Shown piece after piece: positions 20,267-31,229 of a DNA stretch of 64,000 nt (position 1 is its first letter; every line of letters begins with the position of its first letter). Origin of the DNA: an uncultured bacterium (lineage in GTDB: Bacteria > Zixibacteria > MSB-5A5 > CAIYYT01); the NCBI GenBank assembly GCA_963726455.1, contig CAVSCK010000005.1, positions 480,001 through 544,000 on the forward strand. Direction: 5' to 3'. The notes under the pieces are model-generated. The model was not told the origin of the DNA. It made no database searches and saw only the letters and a program-made list of their open reading frames with translations. Position numbers and translations under genes: made by a program.

Positions 20267-20798
20267 CGAAACTTCCCTTTAAGTTACGTTTTATCAACAC
20301 TTTATTGAGGCGTTGATCCGTTTCCAATCCGTCACCCGACACCCAGCCATTTTCCCGATAAACCTCTACATGTCCTTCGGTTACGACCTTATCATTCCTG
20401 GCATCCCAACGCAGTGAGTCCGCAACCAGACGGCGTCTATCGGTTATGGTATGTGCTTTGACGTGTCCAGACACCGACATCATGTTCGTGCGCTGGCTGA
20501 CCCGCCCCGAATCGGCAGTCAAAGTCGAAGTTTGTACGCCGGCAGAATCGAAAAAGTCGACGGTTACATCGTACAGGAGGGTGGTATCGGCGCGGTTGTA
20601 GGCCTTGAGCAGACTCGACTTGACTACCGCCGACCGTTTGCTGCCGTTCATCAGAAATATCTCCGAGTTGGTCATCACCTGATCCGGCTCGGCAAGTGAA
20701 CTCTTGTCAGCCGGCCGGTCACCATCGGAAGAAGTATTGCAGGCAACGCTGATCAAGATAATCAGAAGTAGCGCAGAGAAGTAAATTCGGCCGTGCAT
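20247..20798 (-). CDS. lptC: LPS export periplasmic protein LptC
   Basis: Lipobox-like 'ISVAC'; 'STLTADSG', 'ADSLRWD', 'GDGLETD'; synteny. Confidence 0.88.
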   Translation of the reverse strand: MHGRIYFSALLLIILISVACNTSSDGDRPADKSSLAEPDQVMTNSEIFLMNGSKRSAVVKSSLLKAYNRADTTLLYDVTVDFFDSAGVQTSTLTADSGRVSQRTNMMSVSGHVKAHTITDRRRLVADSLRWDARNDKVVTEGHVEVYRENGWVSGDGLETDQRLNKVLIKRNLKGSFDETPSQ

Positions 20799-20993
20799 CT
20801 AAAGATTCTACACCTTTCCCGTTACACAGGCGCATCTATATAAACGCAGACTGCGACGGAAAGATACGCCCCTGTGGGTGAGATGCAATATAGAAACACT
20901 TAGTGCAGGTAGACTTCTGGCGGGTAGGTTTCAGGAATTCCCGGCCGCGCAGCCGCACCTAGGCCGTCATTGCTTCGATCAGGCGAGCACTCG

Positions 20994-22313
20994 CTATTTG
21001 CAGGCGGCACATGGCGCCGGCCCACCCGAGAAGATGTAGATAATCACATACACCACATCGGAGATGTCAACCGTACCGTCGCAATTTGTATCTCCGGCTG
21101 CCAGCGGATCGGGGGCCGGACCGCCTGAGAAGATGTAGGCGATCAGCGCTACCGCGTCCGAGATATCCACGGCGGCATCACCGTTCGCGTCTCCGCACAG
21201 ATAAGACGAAGTATTCTTGTTAACCAGCACGGAAACGTTGTTTGAGGTAGAGTTCGCGGAAACCAGGTCAATATTGCCATCCAGGTTGACATCGAGGGCA
21301 ATCACCCAGCGTGGTTGCGATCCAACCGAGTACGTGGCGCCAGTAACGAACACGCTACCACGATTCTTCAACATTGTCAGGGTGCCGCCCGAGACACATG
21401 CGGTAATCAATTCCGGCTTGTTGTCGCCGTTGAGGTCGGCAGAGGTGATGGCACGCGGGTCGACTCCGACGGCATATGTTGTCGGCGCTCCGAAATTTCC
21501 CGCGGTCGTGTTCAGAAACACCAAAACGTTGTTGGAATTGGCGTTGCAAACAGCCAGGTCAATTTTGGTGTCACCGTTAAGATCGGCGGCACAGATTCCT
21601 GCCGGGCCGTCCCCGGCAGCATAGCTGATGATAGTCGGGAAGGTGCCGCTACCCGAGTTCTTCAAGACGGATATATTATCCGAAGCGAAATTGGCAGTGG
21701 CAAGATCGAGGTCACCGTCTTTGTCAAAATCGGCCGCGATTACCGCGTATTGCCCGCCCGGAAGAGTATAGAATATCTGAGGCAAGAAGGTTCCATCGCC
21801 GGCATTGAGCAGAATCGACAACTGGTTTCCGTTGGCGTTGGCAACTGCCAGATCGGGATACAGATCGTGATTCAAGTTGGCCACGCATACCGCTAGCGAC
21901 CCGACGGCGGTGGTATAGGAAACGGGCGCATCGAACACGCCGGTACCGTCATTCATCAGTATCTGCACCTTACTGTTCAGTTCGTTGCAGACGACAAGAT
22001 CGAGATCGCCGTCCTTGTCAATGTCGGCGGCGGCAATCCCGCGCGGATGGGAGCCGGCCGCGTAACTGACGGGTGGCTGAAACGAACCGTCGGCCAGCCC
22101 GAACAGAATCGCCACGCTGTCAACATTAAGGTCCGAAACGGCAAGATCCTTGATGCCGTCAAAATCGAAATCGCCGGAACAAACCGATAACGGATAGGTA
22201 CCGGCGGCATAATTGAACGGACCGTTGACGGCCACCGAATCACTGAGCGCAAAAACCAAACCTGGCGACAGCAGCAGCACCCCGATTAGCATGACTTGTT
22301 TCTGGAGCGACAC
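20994..22313 (-). CDS. Secreted FG-GAP/VCBS beta-propeller + dockerin protein
   Basis: Seven DxxxDGxxDL-type repeats; C-terminal dockerin; AGGAGG RBS before GTG 22313. Confidence 0.9.
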   Translation of the reverse strand: MSLQKQVMLIGVLLLSPGLVFALSDSVAVNGPFNYAAGTYPLSVCSGDFDFDGIKDLAVSDLNVDSVAILFGLADGSFQPPVSYAAGSHPRGIAAADIDKDGDLDLVVCNELNSKVQILMNDGTGVFDAPVSYTTAVGSLAVCVANLNHDLYPDLAVANANGNQLSILLNAGDGTFLPQIFYTLPGGQYAVIAADFDKDGDLDLATANFASDNISVLKNSGSGTFPTIISYAAGDGPAGICAADLNGDTKIDLAVCNANSNNVLVFLNTTAGNFGAPTTYAVGVDPRAITSADLNGDNKPELITACVSGGTLTMLKNRGSVFVTGATYSVGSQPRWVIALDVNLDGNIDLVSANSTSNNVSVLVNKNTSSYLCGDANGDAAVDISDAVALIAYIFSGGPAPDPLAAGDTNCDGTVDISDVVYVIIYIFSGGPAPCAACK

Positions 22314-22522
22314 GAGCAACCTCCTACAATAGCGATCTATAATGTCTACTATGCACGGCACACCTCAACTTTCGGGGACGGCCCCGAAAATCGGGCGGTA
22401 TTACACCTGTCTAGAAAGGTTCAGCCCTCTATAGTTCTTGACAATTCATCCAGCAGGAATTATCCGAACGTAAGTCGAAAGAAGTATGGCAAGCGCCGAG
22501 TGATGGCTACATGCTGATGACA

Positions 22523-22551
22523 AATATAGATGATGGGGGCTAGTTTGTCAA
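22523..22551 (-). promoter_or_regulatory. Sigma70 promoter for FG-GAP-dockerin gene
   Basis: TTGACA-N17-TATATT, about 200-nt leader. Confidence 0.7.
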
Positions 22552-22578
22552 GACTTTTCCGGCCGGCAGCCGCCTGGT

Positions 22579-23536
22579 CTACACGACTTTACTGTTGAGG
22601 ATATCGTGGATATGGACTATGCCGACCGGCCGCTGCTGATCGTCGACCACCACCAACGCCGTGATCTTGTGGTCTTCCATCAGTTTGAGTCCCTTGACGG
22701 CCAGCGCATCGGGCTCGATTTGTTTCGGATTTACCGTCATTACTTCACCGGCCTTGCGGGCGAGGAAATTGTCGCGGGTGCTGACCAGCCGTCTCAGGTC
22801 GCCGTCAGTGAAAATTCCGACCAGCTTGCCGGCATCATCGACAACCAGACGTGCTGCCCAGTCGCTTGTTCGTCACCACTACCAACGCGTCGGACACCGG
22901 CGTGTTGCGGTTGACTATTGGGAGATCGTCCCCGGAGTGCATCAGATCGCGAATGCGCAAAGTCAACTGCCTGCCCAGCGTACCACCCGGATGCAAGAGC
23001 GAGAAGTCCTCTGAGGTAAATCCGCGCGCCTCCTGCACAACCACAGCCAGCGCATCGCCGAGAGCCATCGCCGCCGTCGATGACGATGTCGGCGCGAGAT
23101 TGTCGGCGCCGGCTTCCTCGGGAACGGATGCATCCAACGCAACGTAGCTTCTCTTTGCCAGGGGCGATGACGAATTGCCTGTAATAGAAATAACTCGTAC
23201 TCCCAGCCGCTCGGTCACCGGATAGAAGAGTTCCAGTTCGTCGAGATTGCCGGACTTAGAGATCGCCAACACCAAGTCATCTTTCTGAATTATTCCCAGG
23301 TCGCCGTGCAACCCTTCGGCTGGATGCAGGAATATTGACGGGGTGCCGGTTGAATTGAAGGTCGCCACAATCTTGCGTCCCACCCAACCCGATTTGCCCA
23401 TTCCCGTTACAATCAGTTTTCCCTTGCAGCCGAGGATAGCTTCGACGGCAACGATAAATGAGCCGTTGATTTTGTCGGCAATTCGTCGTACACAGTCGGC
23501 CTCGTGAAGCAGAACTTCACGGGCGCGGTCAAGCAT
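22579..23536 (-). CDS. kdsD: Arabinose-5-phosphate isomerase KdsD/GutQ (SIS + 2 CBS), frameshift near 22850
   Basis: 'GMGKSG', 'HGDLG', 'APTSS', 'HPGGTLG'; CBS part 'LVGIFTDGDLRR...HIHDIL' continues in another frame to the stop at 22579. Confidence 0.92.
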
Positions 23537-24071
23537 CTTTGAGTCCATCGCGATACAGCTGTAAGAGGTTCAGTCCCCTGGCGTCAAGCAGAAAAGTGAT
23601 CACTTCGCGGCAGCAGCCCTTGCCGCCGTATCTTTCGGTCTGAAAATGCGCATACTCGAGGACTTCGGATTCAGTGTCAGCCGGACATACCGCCAGACCG
23701 ACACGCTCCATCATCACAATGTCAGGCACGTCATTGCCCACACAGGCGACTTCCGACAGACTCACATTGTGCTTTTTCATCAAGTCGTTCAGTGCTCCCA
23801 GTTTGTCCCACTGTTGATGAACATCCGCGATGCCAATTTCCTGACAGCGCCGCTCCGTAACATCGGAATTGCGCGCCGAGATAACGGCATACTGGAATAT
23901 TTTGCCGGCAGTCGCCTTGATCGCAAAACCGTCGGACGCCGAAAAGCTTTTCGCATCCTGATTGCCGCTGACAAAGATCATCCGATTGTCGGTCAGTACG
24001 CCGTCGACATCAAATATCACCAGCTTGATCTTGCCCGGATCGATTTCAAGCTTTCGCTGTAATCTCTGCAA
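23529..24071 (-). CDS. kdsC: KDO 8-phosphate phosphatase
   Basis: 'FDVDGVLTD' HAD motif, 'GGKGCCRE'; synteny. Confidence 0.9.
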   Translation of the reverse strand: MQRLQRKLEIDPGKIKLVIFDVDGVLTDNRMIFVSGNQDAKSFSASDGFAIKATAGKIFQYAVISARNSDVTERRCQEIGIADVHQQWDKLGALNDLMKKHNVSLSEVACVGNDVPDIVMMERVGLAVCPADTESEVLEYAHFQTERYGGKGCCREVITFLLDARGLNLLQLYRDGLKDA

Positions 24072-24857
24072 TCCTCTTAACCTCGTTCAGTACTTCTCCA
24101 CGTCCGCCAGCGGCAGTTGTGTCGCGGCATCGGACTTCGCTTGCGCCGGATCGGGATGTGCTTCGAAAAACAGTCCGTCGATTCCAACCGCAATCGCGGC
24201 TTTCGTCAACGGCAGCACGAACTCGCGGCAACCACCCGACGAACCACCCTGGCCGCCCGGTTGCTGTACCGAATGCGTGGCGTCAAATACGACCGTATGG
24301 CCGGTCGCCTTCATTGTCACCAGTGAACGAAAATCAACCACGAGATCGCGATAGCCGAAGGTCGAGCCGCGTTCGGTGAGCATCACTCTGGTATTGCCGG
24401 CAGCGACGGCTTTGGCGGCAATATGACCCATATCTTCCGGCGCCAGGAACTGCCCTTTCTTGATATTGATCGCCTTGCCGGTTGCCGCAGCGGCGACAAT
24501 CAAATCTGTCTGCCGGCACAAGAACGCCGGTATTTGCAGGACGTCACAGACTTCAGCGGCGACTGCAGCTTCAGCAACTTCATGAATATCAGTCAACACC
24601 GGCAGTCCGAATCTCTCGCGAACAGATTCCAGTATTCGTAGCGCCCGGTCATCACCGATTCCTGAAAAAGACTTTCCCGACAAGCGATTGGCTTTGCGGT
24701 AGGACGATTTGAAGATCAGCGGAAATCCAAACCGTTCTGCGAGCTTGGCAAGCTTCTCCGCAGTCGTCATCACAATCTCTTCCGATTCCACCAGACAGGG
24801 TCCGGCAATCAGAAAGAGCTTCCCCCCGCCAAACTGCTTTTTGCCAATCTCAATCAT
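24046..24857 (-). CDS. kdsA: KDO 8-phosphate synthase (probable frameshift near 24095 hides the last helix)
   Basis: 'AGPCLVES', 'KANRLS', 'PAFLCRQTD', 'FDATHSVQ'; C-terminal 'EVLNEVKRIAE' in alternate frame. Confidence 0.95.
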
Positions 24858-26531
24858 GGCGTCGTTTTGATCTCTGCTTCGCTCGGTTCGGTCTCCAGTT
24901 CCAGTTCCGGCTGATTTGGATGGTCGTGGTAAGTGACCGCGGCTTTCACAAACTCACGGAACAGTGGATGGGCGGCATGGAATCGGCTCTTCAATTCGGG
25001 ATGGAATTGAACCCCGACGAACCACCGGTGACCCGCGATTTCTATGATCTCCACCAGTTTACCATCGGGTGAAACTCCGGCGAGCTTCAACCCGGCACGG
25101 GTGAGCAATTCGCGATACTTGTTGTTGAACTCGTAACGATGGCGGTGGCGTTCCGAGATTTCGCGCTGCGTGTAGGCCTCGTAGCTCTTGCTGTTTTCGT
25201 CCAGCACACAGGGGAAGGCGCCCAACCGCATAGTACCGCCCATTTCGGTTACCTCATGCTGGTCGGCCATCAGGTGAATCACCGGATGTTTCAAGTCCCG
25301 GTAGAATTCATAACTGTGCGCATCCGAAAGACCGGCGACGTTGCGCGCGTATTCAATCACCGCGCACTGCATTCCGAGGCAGATTCCGAAGAAGGGTATA
25401 TTCCGCTCGCGGACGTACCGAATTGATTCGATCTTGCCTTCAACACCGCGCTCGCCGAAACCGCCCGGAATCAACAGTCCGTCGATATTCTGCAAATAGG
25501 CCTCCGCGCCGTTGGCTTTGATATCTTCCGATGCGATCCAGACCAGATCGACCTTGACATTGTTCTCCGCTCCGGCATGAATGAAGGCCTCAATGATTGA
25601 TTTGTAGGCGTCGCGCAGATTGACATACTTGCCGCAAATCCCGATCCGGACATGCTTTTCCGGTTTCTTGATTCGCTGCACCCTGTCTGACCACTCGCTC
25701 AAATCGGGTTGTGGCGCATCCAGACCGAGGTATTCAATGATGTAATCGTCCAGCCCTTGTTTGTGATAGACGAGCGGAACTTCATAAATCGTCTCGACGT
25801 CCAGCGTCTCGATCACGTGCTTGCGGCGCGATACTGCAGAACAGGCCGATCTTTTCCTTGATAGCATCCGACAACGGCTTTACGGAGCGGCAGAGCAGCG
25901 CTTGCGGTTGAATACCGATCTCTCTTAGATCGCGCACCGAATGTTGCGTCGGTTTGGTCTTGATTTCGCCTGCTGTTTCCACCCACGGCACTAATGTCAA
26001 GTGAATGAACATCGTGCTGCCGGGGCCTTCTTCCAGAGCGATCTGGCGGGCTGCTTCGAGGAAGGGAAGTGATTCAATGTCACCGACCGTGCCGCCGACT
26101 TCGGTAATCACCACGTCATAACTGCCGTTCTTTTGCGCCAGCTTGCGAATTCGCGCCTTGATTTCGTTGGTGATATGCGGAATCACCTGTACTGTGGCTC
26201 CCAGGTAATCGCCGTGTCGTTCGCGGTTGATAACCGATAGATACACCTGACCCGCCGTGACGTTATTGTCGCGCGACAAGCTCACCCCCGTGAAACGCTC
26301 GTAATGGCCTAAATCAAGGTCGGTCTCCGCGCCATCGTCGAGGACGAAAACCTCGCCGTGCTGGAACGGGTTCATGGTGCCGGGATCGACATTGATGTAG
26401 GGATCCATCTTCTGCAGATTGACGCGCAGTCCGCGCTTGGCCAATAGCACGCCGATGGATGACGACGCTATGCCCTTTCCCAGGGAGGATACTACACCTC
26501 CCGTTACGAAAATATACCGGGCCTTCTCCAT
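24854..26531 (-). CDS. pyrG: CTP synthase (frameshift near 25825)
   Basis: '[11 protein letters not shown]', 'KTKPTQHSV' in ORF1; 'PGGFGERG', 'GICLGMQ', 'QFHPE' in ORF2. Confidence 0.96.
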
Positions 26532-27278
26532 TTATCTATCTCCTCCCTCACGTGAGAGTATCATACTCGCCGCCTGCAAGTCCTCGGGACTGTTAATCGA
26601 AATCACCGGCCGCTCCAGCCGTGTCACGCCGATTGCATATCCCGATTCCAGGATCCGCAACTGTTCCAGCGATTCGGATATCTCACCGGTCGTCGGAGCC
26701 AGCGCAGTATACATCATCAAAAACTCTTTTCGATAGGCATAAATCCCAACATGGCCAAAATTGGTCGATTGCTGCCCATTACCAGTTATCGGCCGTCGGG
26801 AAAAACTGATCGCGTGGTCGTTTTCGTCCAATGCCACTTTGACCAGATTGCGATCCTCCAGTTCCGAGGCATCAGTGATCGGAAACACCGCCGTTGCCAC
26901 CGAGACTTTGGCGTCGCGCTCCAGCACCTTAACGGAGCGATCGATTATGTCTGCCGTCATGAAGACCTCGTCGCCTTGGATATTGACGCAGATTTCGCAG
27001 TCAATATTGGCAATCGCCGCGGCGCAACGCTCCGAGCCGTTGCGGTACGGCGCCGCAGAATAGAATACCTCTCCGCCATGTCGGCCAATCAGCGCCTCGA
27101 TCTGTCGGTCATCAGTGGCGACTATCAAATGTTTGAACCGACTGTATTGACGCGCGCCGTCATAGGTATGCAACACCAGTTCTTTCCCGGCGAGTTGCGC
27201 CAGTCCCTTGCCCGGAAATCGTGTCGAACCCAACCGCACCGGGATCACGCCGCAAATATTCATCGCGTTCGCTTTCAT
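26532..27278 (-). CDS. kdsB: CMP-KDO synthetase
   Basis: 'IPVRLGSTRFPGK', 'NIQGDE', 'HVGIYAY', 'LEQLRILE'. Confidence 0.94.
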   Translation of the reverse strand: MKANAMNICGVIPVRLGSTRFPGKGLAQLAGKELVLHTYDGARQYSRFKHLIVATDDRQIEALIGRHGGEVFYSAAPYRNGSERCAAAIANIDCEICVNIQGDEVFMTADIIDRSVKVLERDAKVSVATAVFPITDASELEDRNLVKVALDENDHAISFSRRPITGNGQQSTNFGHVGIYAYRKEFLMMYTALAPTTGEISESLEQLRILESGYAIGVTRLERPVISINSPEDLQAASMILSREGGDR

Positions 27279-27428
27279 CGTAACCAATTCAGCATTAATA
27301 CGATCTTTCCAAACTTCGAAGAACTAACGCTCACAATAAAGAACCACACAAGCTCGCCGGCTCATGTTGCACTGATCGATTAATCATGTACGGGTGAACC
27401 CGTGTCGAGACCAAAAAGCACGGGCTTC

Positions 27429-27457
27429 ATGCTACCAGTTTTATGAGGTGATGTCAA
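27429..27457 (-). promoter_or_regulatory. Sigma70 promoter of kdsB-pyrG operon
   Basis: TTGACA-N17-TAGCAT. Confidence 0.65.
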
Positions 27458-27522
27458 GTATTTACGCGAAAATTAGCGGACGCGTCCTTATCTCGAAGGT
27501 GCGGAAGGCCTTGAGGGGGAAC

Positions 27523-28632
27523 TTAATATCCGAATACAGTAATGGAGCGGTTATTGCGCTCAGTGATGAATATTTCTCGACGGGTCGAATTGATCGCAAT
27601 CGAGGTCGGTTGCTGCAAGACGCGATCCTGCGGATAAACCAGTTTGAGCCGGCCTGTCAGATCGTAGACGTAAACCTTGCCCGTGGCGCCATCCAGAAGG
27701 TGCATTCGCATTTGATCGGGCTGCCAATGTCCGGCGGCGCCTATTGATGCACCTGCCGATGACGAATTTCTGGCCGCTGCAAAGGCAATCGGCATCGTGA
27801 TCTTCGTCCGCGTCGGCTGTTCAATTTCGTTGACGTAGTCACCGGTCGGCGAGTAAATCAACGCCTTACCCGTTGAATCGCCAATCCAAAAGCTTCCTTC
27901 CGGTGCAATCGCCGCCGCGGTCGGCTTCGGCAATCGCGAGCGGTCATCTTTCGGTATCAGGTTCATCAGTTCCAGAAAGTCGTAGAAGGGCTGTTCGACG
28001 ATCAGCGAAATTACCGCAACCTGTCCGGCCTTGGCGTCGATCACAGTCAGCAGTTTGCCGTTCGTGGAAAGTTGAATTGGCAGGATTCTTAGCTGCTTGC
28101 CGGGGTACCACGCGGCCGAACTAATATAGTCGCCCTCATGGTCGAAAACTGCCACGATGCCTTTGGTCGTGTCCGTGACTATCAACTGGCTGTCAGTCAC
28201 GGCGATGGCGTGCGGGATCACCTGCGACGGCTTGTCCAGATGCAGCGCACCGAGACGCGCGAGATTCGTCGAATAGATCAGTACGACCGGGTCGTCTGCA
28301 AAGCTCACGTAGATTGAATCGCCGTTGATCGCAATACATTGCGGTGTCAAATCCTTGCCTCCCTCGCGTACCTGAAAACTCGTCAGTTCAACGGGCGGCG
28401 CGTCGGGCGCCAGTGGTTCGTGCCGTGGTAAGCGCATGGACAGCAACGGTTTAATCTGAAAGGCGTAGATGCCGTAGAGGACTAGTAAACTCACCGCAAT
28501 CAGAAACACCAATCCACCCCAGGAACGAGACGCCCGCTTCGTCAGGTGAGATACTGTCGGTTCTGATTGCTCTTTGGTCGCTTCCATATGACCCAGTTTC
28601 TCCACGTTGTGCGGCAAATATGGCTGCCGCAC
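27523..28632 (-). CDS. Membrane-anchored NHL/beta-propeller protein (start uncertain)
   Basis: Single TM then NHL-like repeats ('PHAIAV..LIVTD', 'PTSIAIN..IFITE'). Confidence 0.75.
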   Translation of the reverse strand: MRQPYLPHNVEKLGHMEATKEQSEPTVSHLTKRASRSWGGLVFLIAVSLLVLYGIYAFQIKPLLSMRLPRHEPLAPDAPPVELTSFQVREGGKDLTPQCIAINGDSIYVSFADDPVVLIYSTNLARLGALHLDKPSQVIPHAIAVTDSQLIVTDTTKGIVAVFDHEGDYISSAAWYPGKQLRILPIQLSTNGKLLTVIDAKAGQVAVISLIVEQPFYDFLELMNLIPKDDRSRLPKPTAAAIAPEGSFWIGDSTGKALIYSPTGDYVNEIEQPTRTKITMPIAFAAARNSSSAGASIGAAGHWQPDQMRMHLLDGATGKVYVYDLTGRLKLVYPQDRVLQQPTSIAINSTRREIFITERNNRSITVFGY

Positions 28633-28741
28633 GGCGAATCTTCGGGTGAGTCCTGCAAGTCTCCTGCCTAGAAGTATTATCGGAAAATCGGGCGCAAACT
28701 CACACTATCGTTTTCGCCGCCTGACGATTGTCGACGCCGGC

Positions 28742-28770
28742 TGAAACATTTCGCCGGCGGGCCACGTCAA
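28742..28770 (+). promoter_or_regulatory. ECF-sigma type promoter
   Basis: TGAAAC-N17-CGTCAA upstream of pspC-like gene. Confidence 0.65.
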
Positions 28771-28810
28771 AAGGGCAGATTAACACGTGCAATCACCGAG
28801 GAGGTGTAAG

Positions 28811-29263
28811 ATGAATAAACGGTTATATCGGTCGCGGCAGCACAACGTTATTGCCGGTGTCTGTGGCGGACTGGGGGAATACTTCGATGTTGACCCCGTT
28901 TTCGTACGCATCCTGGCGGTGATTCTGGTATTTGCCCATGGAATCGGACTAGTTGCCTACATCGTTGCCTGGATTGCCATGCCGAAATCGCCGCTGGTAA
29001 CGGCATCTGTCGAAACAGTGGCGAGTACGGAAACTCCAGTGGATACCCAACCGCCGGCAGAGCCGTCAGTCTGGGCCAAGTACTGGGTCGGAATCATATT
29101 GATCGGGCTGGGCGTAATCTTTCTGGCCGATCATCTTTTCTGGTGGTTTCACTGGCGTTACGTCTGGCCTATTCTGTTGATCCTCGCCGGTGCAGCGCTG
29201 ATACTAAGATCATCCACGCGTCATAAGAATAACGGAGGCATTCATGAATCCATCCAGAGTTAG
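28811..29263 (+). CDS. PspC-domain protein with LiaI/LiaF-like TM region
   Basis: 'KRLYRS..IAGVCGGLGEYFDVDP..RI'; 'GIILIGLG..WPILLIL'; GAGGAGG RBS. Confidence 0.9.
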   Translation: MNKRLYRSRQHNVIAGVCGGLGEYFDVDPVFVRILAVILVFAHGIGLVAYIVAWIAMPKSPLVTASVETVASTETPVDTQPPAEPSVWAKYWVGIILIGLGVIFLADHLFWWFHWRYVWPILLILAGAALILRSSTRHKNNGGIHESIQS

Positions 29264-30146
29264 ATGGGGCATAACCCTTATTCTCATCGGGCTGGTCTTC
29301 CTGGCCAACAATCTCGGCCAGTTGAGTTGGTGGGTGTGGTACGACCTGTTGCATCTCTGGCCGGTCTTGTTGATAGTGATTGGCCTGGAGGTCATCGTCA
29401 AGAGATCCAAGCTGCAAATTCTCGGCTACCTCTCGTCACTGATCGTGGTCGCGACTTTCGCCTATGTCGTGATCGACAACCGTGGCAATCCCGACGATGA
29501 ATACGGATCCTATCCATCGTCTCGGTCAGAGGTCAGCGTCAGTTACGAAAATCAGGCGACTGCCAATTTCAAAATCAAGTTCGATGACGGCCGGCTCTAT
29601 TTCAACACCAGTGATGACAAACTCTTCCGCGCGGTCGCCGAGAACTCCCGGCGCGATCTGCAGCTGATTCCCGAGTCATCCGGTTCGAGCAGCGACATCA
29701 CGCTTTCTCCCGGCTCGAAACATTTTCGTCGTTGGGTGAACGTCGGCTCGAATGACAATCACTGGAAATGCTACATCCGCCCCGAAGTGGCCGGAAACTA
29801 TAACCTCGATCTCGCCGGTACTGATCTTCGCTTCTTCGGACAGGATTTGAAAGTTGACAGACTGGCAATTCAGGCCGACCGTTCTGACCTGGTCGTGCGG
29901 CTGGGGAAACAACAGGCGCGTTGTGATGTAAACCTGTCGGGCGACAACACTGATCTGGATATCTATTTCCCCGACTCAGCCGGCGTGCGAATCGAAGGCA
30001 CTTATCCTTCACAGACTGATATTGACGCTTTCAAATTGACCGATCGCGGCGGCTATCTCAGCAACGACTTATACGACCGCGCCGCCGTGAATTTCACGGT
30101 CAAGACCGAATTGAAGCAAGGCAAAGTGAGGGTGAGCAGCTACTAA
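29244..30146 (+). CDS. DUF5668/LiaF-like membrane protein with extracytoplasmic beta domain
   Basis: 'WGITLILIGLVFLANNLG..LWPVLLIVIG'; overlaps pspC gene. Confidence 0.8.
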   Translation: MNPSRVRWGITLILIGLVFLANNLGQLSWWVWYDLLHLWPVLLIVIGLEVIVKRSKLQILGYLSSLIVVATFAYVVIDNRGNPDDEYGSYPSSRSEVSVSYENQATANFKIKFDDGRLYFNTSDDKLFRAVAENSRRDLQLIPESSGSSSDITLSPGSKHFRRWVNVGSNDNHWKCYIRPEVAGNYNLDLAGTDLRFFGQDLKVDRLAIQADRSDLVVRLGKQQARCDVNLSGDNTDLDIYFPDSAGVRIEGTYPSQTDIDAFKLTDRGGYLSNDLYDRAAVNFTVKTELKQGKVRVSSY

Positions 30147-30188
30147 TCTGACATTGGCTTTGTGAACTAGCTTTATCTCAATACTGGT

Positions 30189-31016
30189 TTAGCAACCGTC
30201 GCAGGGTGAGGCGCCCTCGCTGAAGATGTAACTCACGAGAAAGATCACGTCTGCAACGTCGGTTCCTCCGTCACAATTGACATCACCATTGCTACTATCC
30301 TGCGGGGCAGGTCCCGTCCCGAATATGTAATTGACCAGATAGACGGCATCAGCGATGTTGATGCTCTGCGAACCATTTACATCGCCACAGACCGCGGCAA
30401 GAGTAACGCCGGAGCACTCCGGGAAGCGGGGACGAAAGGTATAATTTTCCCAAGGGCTTTGGTAGAGACTCGAAAAGAGCCCGACCGGGTGGTTCCTCAC
30501 CGTCCAAATAGGTTCAATCGTAACTGTCTGCGGGACCAAATCCTGCAATTTGAGATAGAGGTATCCCACGAGGCGAGCAACACTTCCGAAAGTCGGCGGA
30601 ATTGAGTTGAAGCCCGCAAAGTCTACCCAGCCGACTTGGATCGAATCCCCAGATTCACTTGTCCAGGTATTCACAAAGGGTCGACTTCCGGGTGGGATTG
30701 GGCTATCAGGAGCAATCATCCACCGTGCGCCGAATCTAACTCCTGTGCCGTTCTCAGCCAAACCGACTGCAAAGCCGCCCAACTCGTAATCATTCCAAAT
30801 GTAGAACGGTATTGCGATCGAATCACCTGCCTGCATGGTATCGAGTGAGATCGTCATGGTACACCCGATCCTGAAAGTGTCGCAGACGCCTAGGTCCAGC
30901 CTTTTAATATTACCGACCGAGTCGTAATCCACATAACACGTATCCTGGGCGTTCGTGGCTGATGTCAGAAGCAAGCAACACGCAAACATGAACCACAAAG
31001 CCAATATCCGATTCAT
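30189..31016 (-). CDS. Secreted cohesin-like + dockerin protein
   Basis: Signal peptide; 'AGDSIAIPFYIWNDYELGGF'; C-terminal 'CGDVNGSQSINIAD..GDVNCDGGTDVAD..YIFSEGASPC'. Confidence 0.85.
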   Translation of the reverse strand: MNRILALWFMFACCLLLTSATNAQDTCYVDYDSVGNIKRLDLGVCDTFRIGCTMTISLDTMQAGDSIAIPFYIWNDYELGGFAVGLAENGTGVRFGARWMIAPDSPIPPGSRPFVNTWTSESGDSIQVGWVDFAGFNSIPPTFGSVARLVGYLYLKLQDLVPQTVTIEPIWTVRNHPVGLFSSLYQSPWENYTFRPRFPECSGVTLAAVCGDVNGSQSINIADAVYLVNYIFGTGPAPQDSSNGDVNCDGGTDVADVIFLVSYIFSEGASPCDGC

Positions 31017-31195
31017 CTTACCTCCCAGCTTTCAATGCTTAAGTCTTGCAGTGCCGAATATCACAGCCCTCGGCCGCTTTTCGGACGCCAATCACAGTCA
31101 GTTGACAACAGTAGCCATAATATACAAACGTTCCGTCAAATGTCAATGCCATAATCCTTTGGCTGGTCCATCCGCGGCGAGTCGATTTTGCCCCC

Positions 31196-31224
31196 TTGCT
31201 AAAATCGGACTTCGGAGCTATATT
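31196..31224 (+). promoter_or_regulatory. Sigma70 promoter of stand-alone small RNA unit
   Basis: TTGCTA-N17-TATATT. Confidence 0.7.
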
Positions 31225-31229
31225 ATCAC

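Noticed and set aside
22579-26531. Pseudogenisation or programmed frameshifting of pyrG, kdsA and kdsD
   Set aside because: No slippery heptamers or other decay seen; sequencing indels are more parsimonious
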